Below are positions 47,938 to 56,111 of a stretch of DNA of 64,000 bases, in pieces. The stretch comes from Desulfotomaculum sp. (GTDB lineage Bacteria; Bacillota; Desulfotomaculia; Desulfotomaculales; Nap2-2B): positions 16,108 to 80,107 of the forward strand of contig DOTD01000072.1 in NCBI GenBank assembly GCA_003513005.1, in the 5' to 3' direction. Under the pieces are notes generated by a model, which was not told the origin of the DNA, did not search any database, and saw nothing but the letters and a program-made list of their open reading frames with translations. How positions within the stretch are numbered: the first letter of the stretch is position 1; each line of letters begins with the position of its first letter. A program made the translations under genes and the position numbers.

Positions 47938-48519
47938 TTATTTCAACCGCCAGGTACGGCATTTCTCAGCCACCATGATCGATTGGATTCTTGAAACAAC
48001 TTCGTCAACCCAGTCGTTAACTACCGCGTAATCATAAAGCATAAGGTATTCAAACTCTTCTTTCGCCCAACTCAAACGCTTTTTTACATCCGCTTCAGAT
48101 TCACTTGCTCTTTTCGTTAAGCGGGATTCAAGTTCATTCTGACTTGGCGGAAGGAGAAAAATTAAAACCGCTTGAGGAAATTTTTGCTTGACCTGTATGC
48201 CTCCCTGAACGTCTATTTCAAGAAGCACATCTTTTCCGCCGGACAGGGCGCGTTCTACCGGCAACCGTAGTGTGCCATAGAAACTGCCGTAAATTTGAGC
48301 CCATTCCAGAAATTCCTGACGGTCTACTTTTCTGTGGAATTCATCTGTTGAAAGAAAATAATAACTACTCCCGTTCACTTCACCCTTTCTGGGAAGACGG
48401 GTAGTAGCAGATATGGAGCAAACCAAGTTTCTTGTTTTTTCCTGCAGAGCCTTTGCCACAGTACTCTTTCCTACTCCGGAAGGCCCGGACAGTACAGTTA
48501 AAATACCCTGTCCTATCAT
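47938..48519 (-). CDS. gmk: Guanylate kinase
   Basis: LSGPSGVGKST P-loop, 193 aa. Confidence 0.95.
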   Translation of the reverse strand: MIGQGILTVLSGPSGVGKSTVAKALQEKTRNLVCSISATTRLPRKGEVNGSSYYFLSTDEFHRKVDRQEFLEWAQIYGSFYGTLRLPVERALSGGKDVLLEIDVQGGIQVKQKFPQAVLIFLLPPSQNELESRLTKRASESEADVKKRLSWAKEEFEYLMLYDYAVVNDWVDEVVSRIQSIMVAEKCRTWRLK

Positions 48520-48530
48520 ATCAAACTAAT

Positions 48531-48809
48531 TTATTTTTCCTGTTCTTCAGCTGACGCAGGATGTGCCTCTCTGCTGCCAAGGCGGTTTGCCACGGTCTCG
48601 GGTTGGACGGCTGATAAAATCACATGGTCGCTGTCTGTTATGATCACAGCCCTTGTACGGCGGCCATAAGTAGCGTCCACCAGCATACCGCGATCACGGG
48701 CTTCGTTGATTATCCTTTTAATAGGAGCGGATTCAGGCCCGACAATTGCTATGATCCGGTTGGCCGAAACAATATTTCCAAACCCTATGTTGATCAATTT
48801 TATATCCAT
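48531..48809 (-). CDS. remA: RemA/DUF370-family regulator
   Basis: 92 aa with [27 protein letters not shown]. Confidence 0.85.
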   Translation of the reverse strand: MDIKLINIGFGNIVSANRIIAIVGPESAPIKRIINEARDRGMLVDATYGRRTRAVIITDSDHVILSAVQPETVANRLGSREAHPASAEEQEK

Positions 48810-48845
48810 GTTCCCTCCCTTGTTCTTAAAATGTGAAATACTTAG

Positions 48846-49724
48846 CTACTCCACATTTTGAACTTGCTCACGAATTTTCTCAAGCTCGCTCTTAACCTCG
48901 ACAGCAGTTTGACTGATCAATAAGTCATTGGCTTTGGAAGCAATCGTATTTATCTCACGGTTGATTTCCTGGATCAGGAAATCAAGCTTGCGCCCTACGG
49001 GTTCTTCCGCATCCAAAGATGAGATTAATTGTGAAAGGTGGCTTTGAATGCGGACATTCTCTTCGGTGATATTGGAACGCTCCGCAAAAAAAGCTATTTC
49101 GGTAACCATTCTTCCGGGGTCAACTTTGCTTTCAGGCAATAACTCCTGCAGACGTTGAGTAAGGCGCGCCCTGTATTCTTGTGTAACCAGCGGCGCCCTT
49201 GTTTCTATTTCGGTATTTAGATGCTTAATCCTTTCTGTGCGGCAGCGGATGTCTTCCTGAAGCCTTTTTCCCTCTTTGTCGCGCATTTCCAATAAGGATC
49301 TAACTGCTTCCCCAAGTACCTGGTGGACGACAGGCCAAAAATTCTCAATATCCTCATCAGGTTCTTCCAAAGTCAGCAGGCCGGGAAGGGATAAAATGTG
49401 CTCAGGACCGACTTCCCCGGAAATATTTAACTCGCTGAATACTTCTTTTATTGCCTTATAATACGATGCAGCAAGGTTTTTGTCAACTTTCACCTTTATT
49501 ATTTTGCTGGCTGATTCTTCTACTGTAAAATAGCAATCGACGCGCCCCCGGGAAATTTTTGACTGAACATATTGGCGGACCCTGTCCTCAAGTTGATTCA
49601 TGCTTTTGGGCAGGCGTACGACCACCTCACTGAAACGGTGATTTACCGCCTTTAACTCTATGGTTAGTTTTTTCCCTAATGCTGTTGCTTCTCCCCGGCC
49701 ATAGCCGGTCATGCTTCTGAGCAA
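48846..49724 (-). CDS. YicC/YloC-family protein
   Basis: 292 aa with MLRSMTGYGRGE N-terminus and C-terminal IREQVQNVE. Confidence 0.85.
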   Translation of the reverse strand: MLRSMTGYGRGEATALGKKLTIELKAVNHRFSEVVVRLPKSMNQLEDRVRQYVQSKISRGRVDCYFTVEESASKIIKVKVDKNLAASYYKAIKEVFSELNISGEVGPEHILSLPGLLTLEEPDEDIENFWPVVHQVLGEAVRSLLEMRDKEGKRLQEDIRCRTERIKHLNTEIETRAPLVTQEYRARLTQRLQELLPESKVDPGRMVTEIAFFAERSNITEENVRIQSHLSQLISSLDAEEPVGRKLDFLIQEINREINTIASKANDLLISQTAVEVKSELEKIREQVQNVE

Positions 49725-49748
49725 GAAATTTCCTCCGTTACGTTATTA

Positions 49749-50945
49749 TTAAATATCAATTTCTTTAAAAATATTTTCCATACGTTTAAGACCCTCTACA
49801 ATATTTTCCATAGAAGTGGCGTAAGAAAGCCGGAAGCAACTGTCGTCACCAAAGGCAACTCCCGGAACCACGGCTACCTTTGCCTCTTCTAAAAGGATGC
49901 CGGCTAAATCAGATGAGCTATTTAATTGCCTTCCTTTGCAGGAGCATCCCAAATAGTTTTTAACGCAGGGAAACAGGTAGAAGGCGCCCTCAGAGAGGTG
50001 GCAGGCAACGCCTTTTATTGCCGTCAGCCTCTCATACATATAATTCCTCCTCTTTTCAAATTCAATCACCATTTTTTTCAATGGTTCCTGAGTTCCGGTC
50101 AAGGCGCTTACACTTGCCGCCTGGGCAATAGATGTAGGATTCGAAGTCGAATGGCTCTGCAGGTCGGACATGGCCTTTGCAACGGGCAAACAGGAGGCTG
50201 AATAACCAATACGCCAGCCGGTCATCGAGTATGCTTTCGAGACACCATTGATTAAAACCGTTTTCTCCTTTAAGGCAGGGTCGAGGGAAGCAATGCTGAT
50301 GTGTTCGCTGCCGCTGTATATAAGCTTTTCATAGATTTCGTCCGAAATAATTGTTATATCCTTGTCAATTAAAAATTCACCCAGCGCAATCAGCTCGCTC
50401 CTGCTGTATACCGTACCGGTTGGGTTGCAGGGGGAATTTAAAATGAGCATCGCAGACCGTTCGCTGAGTACGGATTTCAATTCATCCACAGTCAATTTAT
50501 AGCCGTTTTCAGCTTTTGTTTTTACTATTATGGGTGTAGCTCCGGCCAACTTAATTTGCTCAAAGTAACTAACCCAGTATGGCGCCGGGACGATAACCTC
50601 CCTGCCCGCTTCGCAGAGGACCTGGATTGCGTTATACAGGCAGTGTTTGCCCCCGGCTGAGACAACAATTTGATCTGTCTGGTAATCCAAACCGTTATCT
50701 CTTTTGAATTTTTCAACAATTGCCAGCTTTAAGGCCGGGATTCCCGATACCGGTGTGTATTTGGTCATTCCTTTTTGGAGAGCTTCAATAGCGGCCTGTT
50801 TAATATGCTCCGGGGTATCAAAGTCCGGTTCACCCGTGCCAAAATTTATAACATTCTCGCCGGATGCAATTAGTTTCTTTGCCTGGGCGTCGATGGCCAG
50901 TGTGGGCGATGGGCTGAGCTCTAATGCTCGCGTTGAGAGTTTCAT
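49749..50945 (-). CDS. PLP-dependent (aspartate-type, class I) aminotransferase
   Basis: 398 aa with PLP-lysine motif GVSKAYSMTGWRIGY. Confidence 0.85.
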   Translation of the reverse strand: MKLSTRALELSPSPTLAIDAQAKKLIASGENVINFGTGEPDFDTPEHIKQAAIEALQKGMTKYTPVSGIPALKLAIVEKFKRDNGLDYQTDQIVVSAGGKHCLYNAIQVLCEAGREVIVPAPYWVSYFEQIKLAGATPIIVKTKAENGYKLTVDELKSVLSERSAMLILNSPCNPTGTVYSRSELIALGEFLIDKDITIISDEIYEKLIYSGSEHISIASLDPALKEKTVLINGVSKAYSMTGWRIGYSASCLPVAKAMSDLQSHSTSNPTSIAQAASVSALTGTQEPLKKMVIEFEKRRNYMYERLTAIKGVACHLSEGAFYLFPCVKNYLGCSCKGRQLNSSSDLAGILLEEAKVAVVPGVAFGDDSCFRLSYATSMENIVEGLKRMENIFKEIDI

Positions 50946-50974
50946 TGTAACCTCCTAAATTTCTGTAAATTTCT

Positions 50975-51034
50975 GGGGTCAGGCTTGACTTATTATAAAA
51001 ATTGACTTATTAGAGAAGCCATTTAACTCCATGC
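50975..51034 (-). repeat. 58-bp duplicated sequence (copy 2, inverted relative to 21572-21629)
   Basis: Reverse complement: gcatggagttaaatggcttctctAATAAGTCAAtttttatAATAAGTCAAgcctgacccc. Confidence 0.85.
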
Positions 51035-51080
51035 ATTTTTTTTGTCTGAAATATTTGATGATAAAAAATCTTAGGCTGTC

Positions 51081-51190
51081 GTTATTACGGTTCACTTGCT
51101 CTTTAAACAAAATTATGCTTAAGGCATTGACCTCCCTCTGTGAATTATCATCCTCCTGCTGCCGCTGCTTCAGCTGCATGGGGTCTATCC
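51081..51190 (+). repeat. Intergenic repeat: partial core plus module 2
   Basis: gttattacggttcacttgctctttaaac aaaattatgcttaaggcattgacctccc...tcatcctcctgctgccgctgcttcagctgcatggggtctatcc. Confidence 0.8.
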
Positions 51191-51195
51191 CTATG

Positions 51196-52374
51196 TCAAA
51201 AGTTGACCTCGCCGATATTTTGTCTGATCCTTTCCATCGCTTCTTTCAAGCGTCCGGTATCAACAGTTATCGAGATGCGGCAATAACCGGCCCCGTTAGC
51301 GCCGTATCCTGTTCCCGGAGTAATTACCACACCCGCCTTTTCAAGGATAAGCTCGGCGAAGGACTCGGATGTATGCCCCGCCGGTACGGGGATCCAGAGG
51401 TAAAAAGCTGCTCTGGGCTTTTCGAGCCGCCACCCGAGTGAATTAAGACAGTCAACAATAATATCCCTGCGCTCGCTGTAGATCCTGTTCACTCTTTCCA
51501 AATCTTCATAGGTTCCGTTCAGCCCTGCGACAGCAGCTTTCTGGATCGCCTGGAACTGTCCCGAGTCTATATTTGATTTAAGACGCCCGAGAGCGTTTAT
51601 AACGTCAAAGTTGCCTGCCGCCCACCCGATGCGCCAGCCGGTCATGTTATAGGTTTTGGACATGGAGTGGAATTCAATGCCGGCCTCCTTGCCGCCCTTA
51701 ACCTGCAGGAAAGAGGGATGCCGGTAGCCGTCGTAGGCTATCTCAGTGTAAGGCGTATCATGGCAGAGAAGCACCCCGAACTCGTTGGAAAAAGCAATAG
51801 CCTCCCGGAAAAAGTTTTCGTCCGCAACTGCCCCGGTGGGGTTATTGGGATAATTAAGGAACATCATCTTGGCTTTTCTGGCCACTTCGGTTGGGATTTC
51901 CGAGAAGTCGGGCAGGAACTTATTTTTTTCCTTGAGCGGCATATGATACGGCTGGGCGCCCGCCAGTATGGAACCTATGGCATAGACCGGGTAACCGGGA
52001 TCGGGAACCAGCGATATATCCCCAGGATCGAGATAACACCAGCAGATATGGGCGATTCCTTCCTTTGATCCGATCAGGTTGACTATTTCGTTTTTTGGAT
52101 CCAGGTCGACATTAAACCGCCGTTTGTACCATCCGGCCACAGCCTGTCTGAATTCAAGCATGCCGGCAGAAGAAGGGTACTGGTGATTGACAGGATTTCT
52201 CGCTTCCTTAATCAGTTCCTCAATTATGTGCTCCGGTGTGGGCATGTCCGGATCACCTATGCCAAGGCTTATTACATCCACGCCCTGAGCTTTCTTGTGA
52301 TCAATTAACTGCTCGATACGGGCAAAAAGGTAAGGGGGCAATTTTTGCAGCCGCTGTGCCTCGATGAAGTTCAT
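51196..52374 (-). CDS. dapL: LL-diaminopimelate aminotransferase (DapL-type), probable
   Basis: 392 aa with [44 protein letters not shown]. Adjacent to dapF. Confidence 0.7.
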   Translation of the reverse strand: MNFIEAQRLQKLPPYLFARIEQLIDHKKAQGVDVISLGIGDPDMPTPEHIIEELIKEARNPVNHQYPSSAGMLEFRQAVAGWYKRRFNVDLDPKNEIVNLIGSKEGIAHICWCYLDPGDISLVPDPGYPVYAIGSILAGAQPYHMPLKEKNKFLPDFSEIPTEVARKAKMMFLNYPNNPTGAVADENFFREAIAFSNEFGVLLCHDTPYTEIAYDGYRHPSFLQVKGGKEAGIEFHSMSKTYNMTGWRIGWAAGNFDVINALGRLKSNIDSGQFQAIQKAAVAGLNGTYEDLERVNRIYSERRDIIVDCLNSLGWRLEKPRAAFYLWIPVPAGHTSESFAELILEKAGVVITPGTGYGANGAGYCRISITVDTGRLKEAMERIRQNIGEVNF

Positions 52375-52409
52375 GAATAAACCTCCCGGATTAAAATACG
52401 CACTACTCT

Positions 52410-52556
52410 ACTCTGAAAATTACTTGAAGTCAACTTGCATCAGGGAGGTCAACTGTCTACGTGCTCATGTTCGCAAGCCAAAATCGCACTTAAGACATTG
52501 CCATCCCTTGTTTATTGATGACTTTTAATCCTCCTGCTGATGCCGTTTTAACAGCA
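52410..52556 (+). repeat. Intergenic repeat: module 1 plus module 2, internally deleted copy
   Basis: ctctgaaaattacttgaagtcaacttgcatcagggaggtcaactgtctacgtgctcatgttcgc aagcc aaaatcgcacttaagacattgccatccc...tcctcctgctgatgccgttttaacagcat. Confidence 0.8.
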
Positions 52557-52563
52557 TAGAGTT

Positions 52564-53403
52564 TTATACAGGAAACTCGCCGCAAAAGACTTCTTCGGCG
52601 GGGCCTGTCATGTAAACATGGTTATTGCCTGCCCAATCTATCAAAAGGTCGCCCAGGGCAAGATGGACAGCCGCCTTTCTATTCGTCAGGCCGTTTAAGA
52701 CACATCCTACCAGTGTGGCGCATGTTCCCGTGCCGCAGGCCAGGGTTGCCCCTGCTCCCCGCTCCCAGACACGCATTTTTATTTCAGTGCGGTTGAGGAC
52801 CTGGATAAATTCAACATTGGTCCGTTCAGGAAAAGAGGGATGATTTTCGATTTGCGGGCCCCACTGTGCTAAAGGAAAAGTATCCGGATCATCTACAAAG
52901 ATCAGACAATGCGGGTTTCCCATTGAAACTGCTGTAACTTGCCAAATATGATCACCAATTGCCAGGGGTTCGTTTATTACCTGCCCTGGCGGGCCGATCA
53001 TAGGGATCTCTTTTCTTTCCAGCCGCGGTTCACCCATATCTACTTTTACGGCTGCCAACTTTCCGTCTTGAAGAATAATTTCCGGCGCGATAATGCCGGC
53101 AAGTGTTTCTATCCTGATTTTTTTATGTGGAACAATTTTATGTTCGAACAGGTATCTGGCAACACAGCGGATGGCGTTGCCGCATATCTGGGGTTCGCTG
53201 CCGTCCGGATTAAAAATGCGCATTCTTGCGTCCGCCTGTTCGTCAGGTAGAATTAAAACCAGACCGTCTGCGCCGATACCCAGCCGGCGGTGGCACGCTT
53301 TTCTGGCCAGACTGCTCAAATCCGTATGCAGATAGTCTTTGTTTTTCAGTAGATCGATCATCACGAAATCGTTGCCCAGTCCCTGGACCTTCCTAAACTG
53401 CAT
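52564..53403 (-). CDS. dapF: Diaminopimelate epimerase
   Basis: GLGNDFVMID and catalytic Cys contexts ICGNAIRC and ACGTGTCA. Confidence 0.95.
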   Translation of the reverse strand: MQFRKVQGLGNDFVMIDLLKNKDYLHTDLSSLARKACHRRLGIGADGLVLILPDEQADARMRIFNPDGSEPQICGNAIRCVARYLFEHKIVPHKKIRIETLAGIIAPEIILQDGKLAAVKVDMGEPRLERKEIPMIGPPGQVINEPLAIGDHIWQVTAVSMGNPHCLIFVDDPDTFPLAQWGPQIENHPSFPERTNVEFIQVLNRTEIKMRVWERGAGATLACGTGTCATLVGCVLNGLTNRKAAVHLALGDLLIDWAGNNHVYMTGPAEEVFCGEFPV

Positions 53404-53491
53404 AGCCCGCCTTCTTTTTGTAAAATAATTAGCTTTAATTCTCCCGGTTTTTTAATATCTCCTGCAAAAAGCGCAAAAGAATATTGTATTC

Positions 53492-54742
53492 TTAAATAAA
53501 CAAAGGTTTGATATAGTCCAGGACTTCCTGGACCTTTTGCCTGGCTTCGGGAGCCTTTTGATCAATTAAGCGACGGGCCTCGTCTACTTTTGCCGAAAGG
53601 CTTTGATTCAGAAGTCCGCTGATGCTCATGTAAGCTGACAGGCGTCTGTCCAGCCATACTTTCAGGCGTTCATGTTCAGGTTTCTGGAGGTGATTGTTAA
53701 TCATTTTCAGTATGACCTCTTTGTCCTGGGGAAGCTGACCTTCGATTTCCCAGAGCAGGTTGACCATCTGGTCGCTGATCAGGTAAGAGTTACAGTTTAG
53801 ATTCTCTACAAAAAGGCCTATTTCAGCGATAACCTCATCCTCATTAAGGGTTGAGAACTGCCCGGCTAAAACCTTGTCATACACAGGGCTGTTTCGACGC
53901 GGAGTAAAGCTCCTCAGCCTGATAAAATCGGCGCCGACTTCATTTAATACTCTTGCCGATTCAACAGCATGGCGCTCCGACCATTTTCTTCCCCCAAGGC
54001 CCGGCATAATATATTCGCTTAAGGTAATTCCCGCGGCTTTTGTTTTTTTGCCTGCTATGATCTGTTCCTCAGCCGTGACGCCTTTCTTTACGTCTTCAAG
54101 GACCTCGTCAAGTCCGGATTCCATGCCGATATGGAGGCGGCTAAGCCCCGCTTCTTTCAACTGCCTCATTTGTTCATCCGTCTTGCGGGCGATAGTTTTT
54201 GACCTTGCGTAAGATGTTATCCTTTCAATACCCGGGAATTTCTCCCTGAGGTAAACAAGTATTTCAAGCAGATCGGGTGTGCGCATCTGCGGCGTGTTTG
54301 CATCTTGAAGAAAAACGGTAGCTCCGCCGGAATAAAGCCAGTTAGCGACGCTGAACAGGCAGTTGAGCCTCTGGTTAACCAGTTCCTCATCATCTATTCC
54401 GTATAATTCCGGGTTGCTCTTAATCATTGCCGTGATAACTTCATTAGTTACATTGCCGCCCATACCTATTTGCCAGGAAGCTGACTTTATTTCTTCAGCA
54501 AGCGCTTTGACTGTATCAATATCTGCTTTGACTTCCTCTACGGTACGTGCGCTGTATTTTTGTTTTTTATAAGTACGGCAGAACTCGCAGAGGTTCCAGG
54601 GACAATTTCTAGTTACCCTGAGCAAAAGAGAATGGTCTCTCCCTTCGCTGGGGGGCCTGATCGGTCCGATTTCAAACCAGCCTTTTCCGGCCTTATCCAA
54701 ATCTATCTTGTAGAAAGAGCCAATTTTACCACCCTTATACAT
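53492..54742 (-). CDS. Radical-SAM-like protein of unknown function
   Basis: 416 aa with Cys triad CPWNLCEFC (C-x4-C-x2-C as read), then TIM-barrel-like region and a helical C-terminus. Confidence 0.6.
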   Translation of the reverse strand: MYKGGKIGSFYKIDLDKAGKGWFEIGPIRPPSEGRDHSLLLRVTRNCPWNLCEFCRTYKKQKYSARTVEEVKADIDTVKALAEEIKSASWQIGMGGNVTNEVITAMIKSNPELYGIDDEELVNQRLNCLFSVANWLYSGGATVFLQDANTPQMRTPDLLEILVYLREKFPGIERITSYARSKTIARKTDEQMRQLKEAGLSRLHIGMESGLDEVLEDVKKGVTAEEQIIAGKKTKAAGITLSEYIMPGLGGRKWSERHAVESARVLNEVGADFIRLRSFTPRRNSPVYDKVLAGQFSTLNEDEVIAEIGLFVENLNCNSYLISDQMVNLLWEIEGQLPQDKEVILKMINNHLQKPEHERLKVWLDRRLSAYMSISGLLNQSLSAKVDEARRLIDQKAPEARQKVQEVLDYIKPLFI

Positions 54743-54817
54743 TATTATCGCCCCTATTTTTATTGATAATATCCCAATTTAGTATAGCATAAACGGTATC
54801 CCGCCAACAACCATCTC

Positions 54818-55459
54818 TTATTGACAGCTGTAATGAAAACTGCCTCCGCTTGCAGACGAAGAGTTGATATTGTCGCCTGTAAACTGGTATTCTGCCATGG
54901 CCTTAATTGTACTACTCACCTGGTAGCGACCGTCGGTGGCTTTGGAATCAGAAACCGTATTCCAGTCACTGGAATATTTAATCGTCAGAGAGGTATTCTC
55001 GGTCGGCGAGTTAAGGAATTTCATGGTGCGGTCCATCACATTGGACCGTTCGTTAGCTCCGTTTATACCCTCAAAGCCAAAAGAGAAGTACATCAACCTG
55101 TGCAGCGGGCCGTCCACCGCAAGCGCGCCGGACCCTCCAGTTGAATAATTGGCTACGCTTACCGCCTGGCTGTTGGCAGGGGCCACCACATCCGGCCAAG
55201 ATTGATTGTTAGCTCCATCTCCGCTTAAACTGATGTCCAGATTAACTCCATCGTAGATTCCCAGAGGCCAGTTGCCGGACGATATGCCCTGGACCAGCCA
55301 GCTTCCCACATCGTTAAAAAAACTGGCATGTAGATATTTGCTGTAAAACTCAGGATAATTATAGTAGCTTAAACTTCCTATGCCCTGACCGCTGACGAAC
55401 ATCTTGCGTCCCGAATCCAGATAATCCCTAAGGAGTCGCGAGAAAATAACTTTTTTCAA
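54818..55459 (-). pseudogene. Orphan ORF, probably the C-terminal fragment of a larger secreted protein
   Basis: Only a TTG start, which overlaps the stop of the IS remnant. No RBS seen. Gly/Ser/Asn-rich sequence I cannot assign. Confidence 0.3.
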
Positions 55460-55689
55460 CTATGTGGCCGGATGACATAATTCCAATCACCATGGAAGTC
55501 CGAGTGCTCCAGTTGGACAGCAGCCAGTTCGGTGTCTGATACCTTAATGCCGGCCGGGTACGGATTGGTGTCAAGTTGGCCCTGAACCTTCAGGCCCGCA
55601 GCAGTAGTTGTGTTGGCGATGAGGTTGACGATGACCTCGTGGCTCTCCAGCGGTCGGCCACGCCAGTTCTGCGTGATGTGATTGCCAAT
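55456..55689 (-). mobile_element. ISAzo13-like transposase remnant (last ~77 codons only)
   Basis: Own translation: IGNHITQNWRGRPLESHEVIVNLIANTTTAAGLKVQGQLDTNPYPAGIKVSDTELAAVQLEHSDFHGDWNYVIRPHS*, matching the conserved C-terminus of ISAzo13-family transposases as I recall it. Confidence 0.65.
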
Positions 55690-56108
55690 TTAGGGGATAA
55701 GGATGATACCAGCTTGTTAGCGTGTTCTACATCAATTATAACCGCATTAGGAGCAAACTCTTTCTTTTTATCAGCACCCTCCTCAACCAAAAGCGGGGTC
55801 GGAGAAAAGAACCACGCCTCCTCGTCCGCTATGAATATACCTGCCCTCAAACCGGTACATTTACGGACCTCTAACCCGTTTTCTAATAATATCTCCACGG
55901 CTTCAATCTCCCCATAACCGAGGCGGCAAATATGTGGCGGGTCATCAAGAAGGATTGCTAACTTCCCTGGACCGTTGTTTCTCACAAAATTTACGAGCGC
56001 TTTGGCTGCATCCAACCACAAACCCGGGGCTACATAAATCACTCGATCTCTGGCATGACCAATCCTTTCGCAGATCGCCTCATTGGTCAGCATACATAAC
56101 GTATTCAT
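55590..56108 (-). pseudogene. Truncated last gene of the BREX-like operon (tentatively PLD-fold-like N-terminal domain)
   Basis: Starts 3 nt after the brxL stop. The first ~135 aa look like a real domain (VIYVAPGLWLD...LAILLDD...LEVRKCTGLRAGIFIADEEAWFFS). The last ~35 aa are out-of-frame read-through into the IS remnant. No HxK motif seen. Confidence 0.4.
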
Positions 56109-56111
56109 AGA

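Noticed and set aside
50946-52563. T-box or lysine (L-box) riboswitch upstream of the aminotransferase and dapL genes
   Set aside because: I could find no T-box 14-mer (AANNNGGGTGGTACCGCG-like), no specifier/AGAGA architecture and no L-box core. The conserved parts are the same dispersed repeat modules found next to unrelated genes (folD, spoIIIAG, thiolase).
55576-55917. 113-aa plus-strand ORF at the island edge
   Set aside because: It lies antisense to the truncated operon-terminal gene and the IS remnant, and has neither homology pattern nor RBS.
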